A DNA stretch of 64,000 bases from an uncultured Deinococcales bacterium (lineage in GTDB: Bacteria > Deinococcota > Deinococci > Deinococcales > JAAFIG01): assembly GCA_964247135.1 (NCBI GenBank), contig CAXTTL010000001.1, positions 32,001-96,000 of the forward strand, written 5' to 3'. The position numbers and the translations under genes are program-made. Shown here piece after piece: positions 49,145 to 58,629 of the stretch (the first letter of the stretch is position 1; each line of letters starts with the position of its first letter). The notes beneath the pieces are model-generated. The model saw only the letters and a list, made by a program, of their open reading frames with translations. It did no database searches and had not been told where the DNA came from.

Positions 49145-49893
49145 GAGGTGTAACCCCCATCAACGATCACGTCGCTGCCCGTCATAAAACTCGAGGCAGG
49201 GCTGGCAAGGAACACCGCAACAGCAGCAACTTCAGCAGGTTCGCCCAAACGCCCCATCGGAGTGCTCGAGAGCCAGATGTCACGCCATACGGGGTTTTCC
49301 AGCGCTGCTTTGGTCATGGCTGTACCGATGTAACCAGGGCTGATGCTGTTGACACGCACACCACGCGGCGACCATTCGCCAGCCAAGGATTTGGTTAAGT
49401 GAATCACGCCAGCTTTGGCAGCGTTGTATGCCGATTGTGGTTGTGGTCGGTTGGAAATGCTACCCGACATCGAACCAATATTGACAATGCTGCCCGATCC
49501 ACGCGTCAGCATGTGCTTGCCGACCTCACGGCAGCAGTAAAACACGCCGTCCAAATCCACACTTATGACCAAACGCCATTCGTCATCGGTCACATCTTCG
49601 GACGGTGTGTTGCGGCAAATGCCCGCGTTATTGACAATGCAGTCAATCCTACCGTGTTTTTTGATGACCTCTGCCACCATGCTTTTCACGCTGCTCGAGT
49701 TGGTCACATCAGTTGCTATAAAATCTCCCTCGAGCTTGTGGGCTGCGGCTTCGCCAGTGCTTGCGTTGGCTTCGGCAATCACCAGATACGCACCGGAAGC
49801 TTTCATGGCTTGAGCGATTTCAAAGCCGATGCCTTGACCGCCGCCAGTGACGATCACGATTTGATTCTCGAGGTTGAAATTGGGTTTGCTCAT
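49138..49893 (-). CDS. SDR family polyol dehydrogenase
   Basis: TGGGQGIG, NNAG, SMSG, QPQSAYNAAK, PGYI. Confidence 0.9.
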   Translation of the reverse strand: MSKPNFNLENQIVIVTGGGQGIGFEIAQAMKASGAYLVIAEANASTGEAAAHKLEGDFIATDVTNSSSVKSMVAEVIKKHGRIDCIVNNAGICRNTPSEDVTDDEWRLVISVDLDGVFYCCREVGKHMLTRGSGSIVNIGSMSGSISNRPQPQSAYNAAKAGVIHLTKSLAGEWSPRGVRVNSISPGYIGTAMTKAALENPVWRDIWLSSTPMGRLGEPAEVAAVAVFLASPASSFMTGSDVIVDGGYTSW

Positions 49894-49952
49894 GTTGTGA
49901 CTCCTTTTGAGGTTGGGATTGAATTTTTGTTTTCGTTGTGTGGGTTTCTTGC

Positions 49953-49981
49953 GTAGGGGCGCATGGCTGTGCGCCCCTAAC
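49953..49981 (+). repeat. GTAG-type REP of a second sequence family
   Basis: G-TAGGGGCGCA-TGGCTG-TGCGCCCCTA, 10-bp stem, intergenic. Confidence 0.65.
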
Positions 49982-50093
49982 AGAACGTTAATTTTTTAAA
50001 ATATGGTTCGAGCTTTTGGTTTACCGTGGTTCAATTCGCATCCCTCGAGTTTTCAATTCGTACATTGTATATTTTAATTTTTAAATCGTTCAC

Positions 50094-51116
50094 TTACGGA
50101 ACAATCAAGACTTTTTGTGAACCGTTCATGCCAGGATGATCTTTGTACTCGAGCGCGAGTTTGAGTTGTTCAATCGGCAAACGGTGCGTGATGAGGGGTT
50201 TGACTTGCACCCGCCCTGATTGCAGCCACTCAAGCGCAATGGGGGTTGTGCCAAGCAGTGAAAAACTGCCCAGAATGGTCAGGTCACGCCTGAACACCTC
50301 GTAAGGACTGATTTCAACCCTGGCATCGTCGGGGGCGACACCGTAATACAAGATTTTGCCACCAGGGGTGGCGTATTGAATCATCTGCGAAATCACGGCG
50401 GGCGCGCCTGTGGCTTCGGTAACAACGTCAAAACCGTAAGGCTCGAGGTCAAACAGTTGGGTTTTTAAGTCTTTGCCAGGCTCGAGCGCCAGTTTTGCGC
50501 CGAGTTGCATGGCGAGGGCGCGGCGCTCCAAGTTGGGTTCGACCACGGTGATTTCGGAGACGCCAGACACCAGCAAGGCTTGCATCAGCAACAAACCGAT
50601 GGGTCCAGTGCCAAACAACAATGCTTTGCTGGCGGGTTCGGGTTGCAGGCGTTTGATGCCCCAAGCAATGCAGCCCAAGGGTTCAGCAAAGGCGGCAACC
50701 TCGAGGTCGAGGTTTCCAACGGGGTAGACATTACCCTCGGGGGCGATCACGTATTCCGCAAAACCGCCCGCCCTGGTGACCCCGAGCGCCTGATAGTTTT
50801 CGCAGTGGTGACGCATTCCTCGGCGACAATGGTGACACGCGCCGCAAGAGATCACGGGATCGAGGGCGACCCGATCACCCTCTTTGAGGTAACGCACGCC
50901 AGCGCCCACCTGATCGACCACGCCAGCAATTTCATGCCCTGGAACGAGCGGAAAGACCGCGCCAAAATGACCGCCGTAGAGGTGCAAATCCGTGCCGCAG
51001 ACGCCGGTCACGGCAATCCGAATCCGAACCTCGCCAGAAGCAACTTCGGGTGCGGGAATGTCTCGGGTCTCGAGGTGGTATTTTTCGGTGATCACGGCGG
51101 CACGCATTGTTGGCAT
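50094..51116 (-). CDS. Zinc-dependent alcohol/polyol dehydrogenase
   Basis: GVCGTDLH, GHE, CGACHHCRRG...C, GTGPIG. Confidence 0.92.
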   Translation of the reverse strand: MPTMRAAVITEKYHLETRDIPAPEVASGEVRIRIAVTGVCGTDLHLYGGHFGAVFPLVPGHEIAGVVDQVGAGVRYLKEGDRVALDPVISCGACHHCRRGMRHHCENYQALGVTRAGGFAEYVIAPEGNVYPVGNLDLEVAAFAEPLGCIAWGIKRLQPEPASKALLFGTGPIGLLLMQALLVSGVSEITVVEPNLERRALAMQLGAKLALEPGKDLKTQLFDLEPYGFDVVTEATGAPAVISQMIQYATPGGKILYYGVAPDDARVEISPYEVFRRDLTILGSFSLLGTTPIALEWLQSGRVQVKPLITHRLPIEQLKLALEYKDHPGMNGSQKVLIVP

Positions 51117-51976
51117 TATTTCACTGCTCCCATGGTGAGACCTTGAATCAATTGACGTTGCGCCGACCAGCCGAACGCCATCACGGGCAGAATCACCAGG
51201 GTCGCGGCGGCTGAAAGCTGCGCCCAGAACAGACCCTCAGAGGTTTTGAAGGCGCTGATGTAGACCGAGAGCGGCGCGGCATCGACGTTGGTCAGGTTGA
51301 GGGCAAAAAAGGCTTCATTCCAGGCAAAGATCAGGCACAGCAGCGCGGTGGAGGCGATACCAGGCACCGCGAGCGGCATGGCGATGTTGATAAATTCTTG
51401 CCACAAACTTGCGCCGTCCACTTTGGCAGCCTCGAGAATTTCGCTGGGGATTTCGGAGATGTAGCTGTGCATCATCCAGATCACCAGGGGCATGTTCATG
51501 GTGGTGTACATCAGCGTTAAACCCCAAACGGTGTCGAGCAAATGCAGGTCTTTAAAAATCAGGTACAACGGTACAATCACACCGACGGGCGGCATCATTT
51601 TGGTCGAGACAAACCAGAGCAGCGTGCCGCGACTGCGTTTGGTCGGGTAAAAAACCATCGAAAACGCGGCGGGCAAACCGAGCAAAAACGACAGCAGCGT
51701 TGAGCCAAAAGCCACCAGCAAAGAATTCAGCAACGCGTGTCCGTACTTGGCGAAAGCTCGAGTAAAATTATCAAAAATTGGTTGAAACAAAATGATTGGC
51801 GGCGTGGTGAAAGCTTGGTCTTCGGTCTTAAAGGCGCTCATGATCATCCATAAAATCGGGAAGAAAAACGCCAGGGCGATCAACCATGCCAGCAAAGCCA
51901 GTGAAACATTTTGGAAGCTGCGCCACGGGTGGCTCGGGTTTTTCTGAGGACGTGATCGTCTCGCTGCGGTCATCAT
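51116..51976 (-). CDS. Polyol/sugar ABC permease (MalG/SmoG-type)
   Basis: STKMMPPVG, EILEAAKVDGA, WNEAF, SEGLFWAQLSAA. Confidence 0.92.
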   Translation of the reverse strand: MMTAARRSRPQKNPSHPWRSFQNVSLALLAWLIALAFFFPILWMIMSAFKTEDQAFTTPPIILFQPIFDNFTRAFAKYGHALLNSLLVAFGSTLLSFLLGLPAAFSMVFYPTKRSRGTLLWFVSTKMMPPVGVIVPLYLIFKDLHLLDTVWGLTLMYTTMNMPLVIWMMHSYISEIPSEILEAAKVDGASLWQEFINIAMPLAVPGIASTALLCLIFAWNEAFFALNLTNVDAAPLSVYISAFKTSEGLFWAQLSAAATLVILPVMAFGWSAQRQLIQGLTMGAVK

Positions 51977-52893
51977 TTCACTTCCTTCACGTTGACGTTG
52001 CGGTTGACCAGGCGCAAGAACAGCGCGGTCACGATGTTTGCCAGAATCACGGCGAACACTCCCGCCGCCGATGCCATGCCGATGCTGTACTCACCGAAGG
52101 CTTTTTGAAAAATAAAATACGGCAGGTTGGTCGTGGCGGTGCCAGGACCGCCGCTGGTGGCAATGTAAATCTCGCCGTAAATTTGCAGAATAAAAATTGC
52201 CTCGAGAAGCACCACGACCTCAAACGCCCGTGTCCAGTGCGGCAGCACGATGTACCAAAATTCTTGAAAACTGTTGACACCGTCCAGCCTTGCCGCCTCG
52301 AGTTGATCGACGGGCAGCGATTGCAAACTGGTCAGCAAAATCAGCATCGCAAACGGCGTCCATTCCCAGGTGACCATCATGATGATCGAAAGCATGGGGT
52401 ACTGTGCCAACCAGTCGATGGCTTCAACACCAAAGGCTCGAGACACCACGCCGAACAAGCCGAACACTGGGTTTAACAGCGAGTTTTTCCAGATTAGAGC
52501 GGTCACGACGGGCATGATAAAAAATGGTCCGATGAACAAGGTTCTGGCGAGGTTGCGACCAAAAAATTTGCGATTGAACAGCAACGCCAGCAACGCCCCA
52601 AACACCACGGTCAAGAAAATCACGCTCAAGACCAGCACGAGGGTATTGACCAACACTGGCACGGACAATGGGTCGGTGAACAGCGTCAAATAATTCTCGA
52701 GTCCGATAAACGGACGTTTGAACGGATCGACCAGGCTATACCTGAACAGGCTGTAATAAATCGTCATGATAAACGGCACTTGGGTCGTTAAAATCAAGTA
52801 CCCCAAAGCTGGCAGCAAGAGCAGCAGCGCGGGCAATCTCGAGGTGCGCCCAGATGATTGCTTGGTTTTGATGGTGCTGGGTTGGGCTGTCAT
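51973..52893 (-). CDS. Polyol/sugar ABC permease (MalF/SmoF-type)
   Basis: WEWTPFA, QLEAARLDG, TSGGPG, TTNLPY. Confidence 0.92.
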   Translation of the reverse strand: MTAQPSTIKTKQSSGRTSRLPALLLLLPALGYLILTTQVPFIMTIYYSLFRYSLVDPFKRPFIGLENYLTLFTDPLSVPVLVNTLVLVLSVIFLTVVFGALLALLFNRKFFGRNLARTLFIGPFFIMPVVTALIWKNSLLNPVFGLFGVVSRAFGVEAIDWLAQYPMLSIIMMVTWEWTPFAMLILLTSLQSLPVDQLEAARLDGVNSFQEFWYIVLPHWTRAFEVVVLLEAIFILQIYGEIYIATSGGPGTATTNLPYFIFQKAFGEYSIGMASAAGVFAVILANIVTALFLRLVNRNVNVKEVK

Positions 52894-53035
52894 GGTTGAC
52901 CTCGGAATTCAGTGTGAATCTTGTTTTGTCAGGCAATAAAAACCAATACTCGAGCCTTAAACAAAGCCGTCTCGAGCCATTACAAATTTTTTTGTTAGGG
53001 CAGGTGAAACCGTTTCAACCTGCCCAAAAAGAAAG

Positions 53036-53075
53036 GCTCGAGTGACCCAGAGGAGGGTTATGGGGTCACTCGAGC
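53036..53075 (-). terminator. Stem-loop/terminator with CTCGAG-containing arms after the binding-protein gene
   Basis: GCTCGAGTGACCC / GGGTCACTCGAGC 13-bp perfect stem with a T-rich tail on the minus strand; a second hairpin lies at 52998-53025. Confidence 0.7.
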
Positions 53076-53082
53076 AAGAGGC

Positions 53083-54447
53083 TTACTTCTTGTAACCGCC
53101 CTCTTTGGCGACTTTGGTGGCGGCGGCTTGTCCAAGCTTGAGCGCTTGGCTCACGCTGTATTGCCCTGCGAGTGCGCCTGCGACGTACTGTCCGACTTGT
53201 GTCCCTAAAGCTTGGAATTCTGGAATGCCGACGAATTGCACGCCGACGTAAGGCACTGGGTCTTTGGTGGCGTTCGTTGGGTCGGCGCGGTTGATCGAAT
53301 CCAGCGTGATGCCTGCAAAATCACCGGCGGCTTTTTGGTATTCTGGATTGGCGTAGGTGCTCTTGCGGGTTCCTGGTGGGACGCTCGCCCATGTGCCGTT
53401 GGTCTTGGCGACCAGGGCAATGTATTCCTTGCTGGTTGCCCAGGTCACGAATTTAAACGCGGCGTCGGCAACTTTGCTCGACTTTGGAATGGCGAGCGAC
53501 CATGACCAGAGCCAGTTGCTGCCCTTTGGCGTGCCAGGACCGGTTGGAGCGTTGGCAAAGCCGACGGTGTCCACGATCTTGGATTGCTTGGGGTCTTTCA
53601 AGAAGCCTGCGGCGACGGTGGCGTCAATCCACATGCCGCACTTGTTTTGGCTCATGTAGGTCAGGTTTTCGGTGAAACCGTTGCCGGTCGAACCTGGGGC
53701 GCCGTACTTCTTTTGGAGGTTGACGTAAAAGGTTAAAGCCGCTTTCCAAGCTGGCGTATCGATGGTGGCGTTCCATTGTGGGTCAAACCAGCGTCCGCCG
53801 AAGGTGTTGACCATCGTCGAAAAGACCGCCATGTTCTCGCCCCAGCCCGGAAGTCCGCGCAGGCAGATGCCGTAAAAACCATTTTGTGGTTTGTGCAGCT
53901 TGGCGGCAAAGCCCGCGATTTGGTTCCAGGTTGGTTTGACGGGCATGGTCAGCTTGTTGGCGGCAAAGGCAGCCTTGTTGTAAAACGTCATGCTCGATTC
54001 GGCGTAGAACGGCAGGGCGTAGAGGGCTTTGTTGTACGACAGACCGAGTTTGACTGGCGTCAGAAGATCGTTCACGTCATAGCTGGCTTTGATGTCGGCG
54101 TTCTTGGTGAACAAGTCATCCATCGAGTTGAGCCAGCCGTTTTTTGCCCAGATTGGCACCTCGTAGGTGCCGATGGTGGCAACGTCGTAGCTGCCCGCAC
54201 CCGTGGCAATGTCGGTCGTGACTTTTTGGCGCAATTCGTTCTCTGGCAGCACATTCCACTTGAGTTTGATGTCCGGGTAGGCGGCTTCAAACGTTGAGGT
54301 CAAGCTTTCCATCGTTTTCATGTCTGAGTTGTTGACTGTGGCGATGGTAACCGTCACGGGTCCTTGTGCAATCGCGCCGGTTGCGATGGCGGCAACAACT
54401 GCGCTTGTTGCCAAGCCTGCACCAATAATCCAAGTTTTTGATTTCAT
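53083..54447 (-). CDS. Polyol (sorbitol/mannitol-type, SmoE-like) ABC substrate-binding protein
   Basis: TIATVNNSDM, LRQKVTTDIA, IGTYEVPIW, PFYAESS, GICLRG...GWGENMA, WIDATVAA, VPPGTR. Confidence 0.9.
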   Translation of the reverse strand: MKSKTWIIGAGLATSAVVAAIATGAIAQGPVTVTIATVNNSDMKTMESLTSTFEAAYPDIKLKWNVLPENELRQKVTTDIATGAGSYDVATIGTYEVPIWAKNGWLNSMDDLFTKNADIKASYDVNDLLTPVKLGLSYNKALYALPFYAESSMTFYNKAAFAANKLTMPVKPTWNQIAGFAAKLHKPQNGFYGICLRGLPGWGENMAVFSTMVNTFGGRWFDPQWNATIDTPAWKAALTFYVNLQKKYGAPGSTGNGFTENLTYMSQNKCGMWIDATVAAGFLKDPKQSKIVDTVGFANAPTGPGTPKGSNWLWSWSLAIPKSSKVADAAFKFVTWATSKEYIALVAKTNGTWASVPPGTRKSTYANPEYQKAAGDFAGITLDSINRADPTNATKDPVPYVGVQFVGIPEFQALGTQVGQYVAGALAGQYSVSQALKLGQAAATKVAKEGGYKK

Positions 54448-54553
54448 CTGATCTCCTATAAGATTGCTTGAAAGGACTTTTGTTACCGATTTGAGACTTC
54501 TTTTGTGATGCTGGTGATTTCACCCCCTCGAGAAACCTAGCCCTAAAATCTTT

Positions 54554-54726
54554 AAATGGTCACGTGTCCATTTTCGTCGTGAGCGAGAATACAGTAAAAA
54601 TTGGGTTTCTCAAGCCATGCAAAATGCACGAATTCAAGAATCTTCTAAATGGTCACGTGTCCAGAACTTTACATGATCGGACTTACATTTGTAAAGCCCC
54701 TTGTGGTTAAAATGGTCACGTGACCA
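54554..54726. promoter_or_regulatory. Three copies of a LacI-type operator AAATGGTCACGTG(T/A)CCA
   Basis: Copies start at 54554, 54647 and 54710; palindrome TGGTCACGTGACCA with central CG; the third copy overlaps the regulator start codon. Confidence 0.85.
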
Positions 54727-55739
54727 ATATTCACGATGTTGCCAAAAGGGCTGGAGTCTCGGCGACAACTGCAAAACGTGCCATCCACGAGCCGCAACTC
54801 CTGACCAAAGCGACGCTCGAGCGGGTCACCCGTGCCATCACCGACCTGAATTACGAACCCGACCGCACGGCGGGGGCACTCAGGCGCGGTCACAGCCACA
54901 CCATCGGCTTGATGGTCGGCAACATTATCGAACCGTTTTTCGCACAGCTTACCCGCACGGTTGCCAAAGCCGTTCATGCCAGAGGTTACGCCCTGATTGT
55001 CGCCGACAACGAATACGACTCCAACCTCGAGCTTGAAAACCTGCGCATGTTTCATGGACACCGCGTCAGCGGCTTGATCGTGCGTTCCGCTTTCGGTTCG
55101 GGTAACCTCGAGTATTTGAAGCGCCTGCACGAGCAGGGGACGTATATCCTCGAGATTGATCACTTTTTGGCGGGCAGCCCGTTTGGGCATGTGCTTTTGG
55201 AGAATGCCGAGTGCGTCGATATGGGCGTGCGTTATCTGCACAATTTGGGTCACAAGCGCATTGCCGCGTTGACCGTGTTCGACGCCGAAAAGCTACAAGA
55301 CGAACGTGGCAAGGCTTTTCCTAATGTCATGAAATCCCTCGGTTTGCGCCTGCCCAAAGCCTATCAGCACGGCGCGACCTTGAGCGAGGAGGGCGCATAC
55401 AACTTGACACTCGAGTTGCTGCGTCTTTCAGAGCCGCCCACCGCCATTTTTTCGATGACGGGTAACGAAGCCGCCGGTGCGTTTCGTGCCATCAGGGAAC
55501 TGAAATTGCGAATTCCTGAGGACGTTTCGTTTTTGACCTTCGACGATTACTCTTGGACCAGTCTGGTCGATCCGCCGCTCGACGTGATTATTCAACCCAT
55601 CGAGGACATGGGTCTTGCCGCCGCCAAAATTGTGATTGATGCAATTCAAAGCCGAGATTTGAAAACAGTGGTGCGCAAACGATTCCCAGGCACTTTAATT
55701 CGGCGCGGCAGTTGTGCGCCACCAAAAAAGAAAAAGTAA
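54720..55739 (+). CDS. LacI family transcriptional regulator
   Basis: NIHDVAKRAGVS HTH, LGHKRIA, PTAIF, IPEDVS; leaderless TAAAAT-6nt-GTG. Confidence 0.95.
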   Translation: MTNIHDVAKRAGVSATTAKRAIHEPQLLTKATLERVTRAITDLNYEPDRTAGALRRGHSHTIGLMVGNIIEPFFAQLTRTVAKAVHARGYALIVADNEYDSNLELENLRMFHGHRVSGLIVRSAFGSGNLEYLKRLHEQGTYILEIDHFLAGSPFGHVLLENAECVDMGVRYLHNLGHKRIAALTVFDAEKLQDERGKAFPNVMKSLGLRLPKAYQHGATLSEEGAYNLTLELLRLSEPPTAIFSMTGNEAAGAFRAIRELKLRIPEDVSFLTFDDYSWTSLVDPPLDVIIQPIEDMGLAAAKIVIDAIQSRDLKTVVRKRFPGTLIRRGSCAPPKKKK

Positions 55740-55786
55740 TTCAATTTTTAAATGATTTATTCTATAAAATATTCTCGAGGTGAACG

Positions 55787-57208
55787 ATGCTGCTTGGTTT
55801 GGATTTAGGAACGGGTTCACTCAAAGCAATCTTACTGGACGAAAACGCTCAAATTGTCGCTGAGGCAACTCGAGCTTACAACGTTCATGCGCCGCAAGCG
55901 GGTTGGGCGGAATCCAACCCGAACGATTGGTGGACTGCCGCAACGAACGCCACCCTCGAGCTTGGTCACGGGGATGAAATTACAGCCATTGGTTTTTCGG
56001 GTCAGATGCACGGCGTGGTGTTATCTGATGCCAGCGGTCAAGCTTTACGCAACGCGATTTTATGGGCAGATACGCGATCAAACCTCGAGCTTGAACAATA
56101 TAGAAATCTCGAGCCTCAAACCTTGCAACGCCTGGCGAATCCGCTGGTGACAGGCATGGCGGGCGCAAGTTTACTGTGGCTCAAAAAACATGAACCTAAA
56201 ATTCTCGAATCGGCGCATTGGGCGTTTCAACCCAAAGACTGGCTGCGGTTTCAACTGACCAAACAAGCTTTTAGTGAACCTTCAGATGCCAGTGGCACAC
56301 TGCTCTATGACCTCGAGCGCGATGATTGGGCTTTTGATGTTATCGAAAAACTCGAGCTTCCACAGACTTTGTTTGCGCCATTAAAAGGCTCGAGTGACAT
56401 TGCGGGGACACTCTCGGGCAAAGCGGCAAGTCAACTTGGTTTGAGGGCTGGAATTCCTGTGGCGGCTGGCGGAGGCGACACGCCGATGGCGATGTTTGGC
56501 AGCGGCATTCTCAAACCTGGAATGGTGCAACTTTCAATCGGTTCGGGGGCGCAAATCGTTGCCCCTCGAGATGCCGCGATCATCGACACCAGTTTACGCA
56601 CACACTTGTACCGGGCTGTGACCCCGCACGGTTGGTACGCGATGGCTGCCATGCAAAACGCTGGACTGGCGCTCGAGTGGGTGCGATCCATGCTCGGTTT
56701 GGATTGGGAAACCGCGTACCTGGAGGCATTCGCCCTCGAGCATACAAATGGTTTGCGTTTTTTACCGTACCTGATGGGCGAACGCACACCGCACCTCAAT
56801 CCGAATGCCAGGGGCGCGTGGGTGGGTTTGGCGCTCTCGCATACCAGGGGACATTTGATGCGTGCCGCCTTTGAAGGCGTGGCATTTGCAATTCGTGATG
56901 GGTTTGAGGCGCTGCTCGAGACTGGAATCCAAGCCCCAAGTTTGCGGCTGGCGGGCGGTGGAACACGGGTTCAACTCTGGCGGCAATTGCTTGCCGACAT
57001 TTTGCAACGTTCGTTATATACCAGCGAAATCTCGAGTGCTTCCGCCAGAGGTGCGGCACTGATCGCAGGTGTGGCGAGCGGCGTATTCTCGAGTTGTGAA
57101 GATACTTTGCGTTTTGCGCCGACACCGCAATTGATCGCAGAACCGAACGGAAATCTCGAGGAAGCCTATGGACGGTTTAAAGGCTTGTACTCGAGTTGCA
57201 ATACTTAA
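55787..57208 (+). CDS. xylB: Xylulokinase (FGGY carbohydrate kinase)
   Basis: LGLDLGT, SGQMHG, ILWAD, PKDWLR, SDASGT, GGGD, PYLMGERTP. Confidence 0.88.
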   Translation: MLLGLDLGTGSLKAILLDENAQIVAEATRAYNVHAPQAGWAESNPNDWWTAATNATLELGHGDEITAIGFSGQMHGVVLSDASGQALRNAILWADTRSNLELEQYRNLEPQTLQRLANPLVTGMAGASLLWLKKHEPKILESAHWAFQPKDWLRFQLTKQAFSEPSDASGTLLYDLERDDWAFDVIEKLELPQTLFAPLKGSSDIAGTLSGKAASQLGLRAGIPVAAGGGDTPMAMFGSGILKPGMVQLSIGSGAQIVAPRDAAIIDTSLRTHLYRAVTPHGWYAMAAMQNAGLALEWVRSMLGLDWETAYLEAFALEHTNGLRFLPYLMGERTPHLNPNARGAWVGLALSHTRGHLMRAAFEGVAFAIRDGFEALLETGIQAPSLRLAGGGTRVQLWRQLLADILQRSLYTSEISSASARGAALIAGVASGVFSSCEDTLRFAPTPQLIAEPNGNLEEAYGRFKGLYSSCNT

Positions 57209-57561
57209 ACATCAAGCGTTTTTGCACCAAACACAAACCAGGCTTTGCTGATTTTGTCAGCCTCAACTTCGTACATTGCCACCATCTCGAGCGTCCCCGT
57301 GCCTTCGGGAAACGTGCGTGTGACGAGTTCATAGTCGATTACCAGATTGCCAGACACGATGCGGTTCAGTAACTTTGCATGAAGGTTTGGTTCTTGAAGC
57401 CGCACGATCTGGCGTTCACGCAATTCTAGAGCGTTCGCTGCCAGCAGGGTCGCAGGATGCTCAAAAACTTGCACGTTTTCGGCATAAGTTGCCATCAGCG
57501 CGTTAATGTCTTTGGCATTGTAGGCATCGAGTTGTTGTTGCACCAGCATTTCAGGTGTCAT
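57205..57561 (-). CDS. SnoaL/NTF2-like domain protein
   Basis: VQQQLDAYNAKDI, VIDYELV, AMYEV...KISKAWF; leaderless TAGACT-6nt-ATG. Confidence 0.85.
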   Translation of the reverse strand: MTPEMLVQQQLDAYNAKDINALMATYAENVQVFEHPATLLAANALELRERQIVRLQEPNLHAKLLNRIVSGNLVIDYELVTRTFPEGTGTLEMVAMYEVEADKISKAWFVFGAKTLDV

Positions 57562-57600
57562 ATCCCCAGTCTACAAGCTCGAGTGTGCCAATATAAAACC

Positions 57601-58626
57601 ATGAAAGTTGTTTTCACCTGCATCTTGATTCTGTTGAGCGTGAGCAGTTTGGCATCACCCAACAATCCAAGCCTGGCAATTGATGTGATGCTCTCGAGTT
57701 TGACCAAAACTGGACGATTTTCTGGTGCGGTCTTAATTGCTCGAGATGACAAGGTTTTGCTGCGCAAGGGTTATGGTTTTGCCAACCGATCAAACCGCAT
57801 TCCGTTCATGCCAGACACACGGCATCACGTGGCTTCGATCTCGAAAATGTTCACGGCAATGACGGTTTTAAAACTTCGAGATCAGAACAGTTTAAAACTC
57901 GAAGCTTCAATTTGCAGCTATCTCGAGCCATGTCCAAAAATATGGCAAGCCGTCACGGTGCAAAACTTGCTGCGTCACACTTCGGGCATTCCAGATTACG
58001 AGGAGAAACTGGGTTTGTACTCAAAGGCGTACCTCGAGTTCATGACGCGAAAGGATGCAACGCGGAACATTATAAAAAACGCTCGAACACAAAATCTCGA
58101 GTTCAAACCTGGCACACGGTTTCAATACTCAAACACGGGTTATGTGCTGCTCTCGAGCATTGTCGAAAAGGTTTCAAAAATGCCGTTCAACCAAGCCGTG
58201 CAAAAAATGGTGCTCGAGCCTGCGGGTTTAAAAAACACGGGCATGTTTGAAGCTGGTATGACGGGCATCTCGAGCGGCTACGGCAAAAACTGGAAAGCCA
58301 TCCCAAAACTGGCATTGACGCCGCCAGCCGGAGACGCCGCACTGGTCAGCACTTTGGACGATTTGTACCGTTGGAGCGAATTGATGGATGCTCAAGAAGT
58401 GCGGGAAGTTTTCAAGCCTGGACTGGGCGGTTACGGTGATGGTTGGTTTATCGACACGCGTTTTGGACGCAAACGGTACATCCACACGGGCGAATTGCCA
58501 GGGTATCGGACGGTGTTCGTGAAATACCCCGGCGAAAAACTGACGATTATTTTGTTTTCCAATCAAGACCGAAGTCCAATGGAAATCCTCACTCGAGATA
58601 TTACGGCGTTGTTGTTAAGCCATTAA
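57601..58626 (+). CDS. Exported serine hydrolase, beta-lactamase/penicillin-binding family
   Basis: Signal peptide, SISK (SxxK), LLRHTSG, YSN, HTG. Confidence 0.9.
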   Translation: MKVVFTCILILLSVSSLASPNNPSLAIDVMLSSLTKTGRFSGAVLIARDDKVLLRKGYGFANRSNRIPFMPDTRHHVASISKMFTAMTVLKLRDQNSLKLEASICSYLEPCPKIWQAVTVQNLLRHTSGIPDYEEKLGLYSKAYLEFMTRKDATRNIIKNARTQNLEFKPGTRFQYSNTGYVLLSSIVEKVSKMPFNQAVQKMVLEPAGLKNTGMFEAGMTGISSGYGKNWKAIPKLALTPPAGDAALVSTLDDLYRWSELMDAQEVREVFKPGLGGYGDGWFIDTRFGRKRYIHTGELPGYRTVFVKYPGEKLTIILFSNQDRSPMEILTRDITALLLSH

Positions 58627-58629
58627 ATA

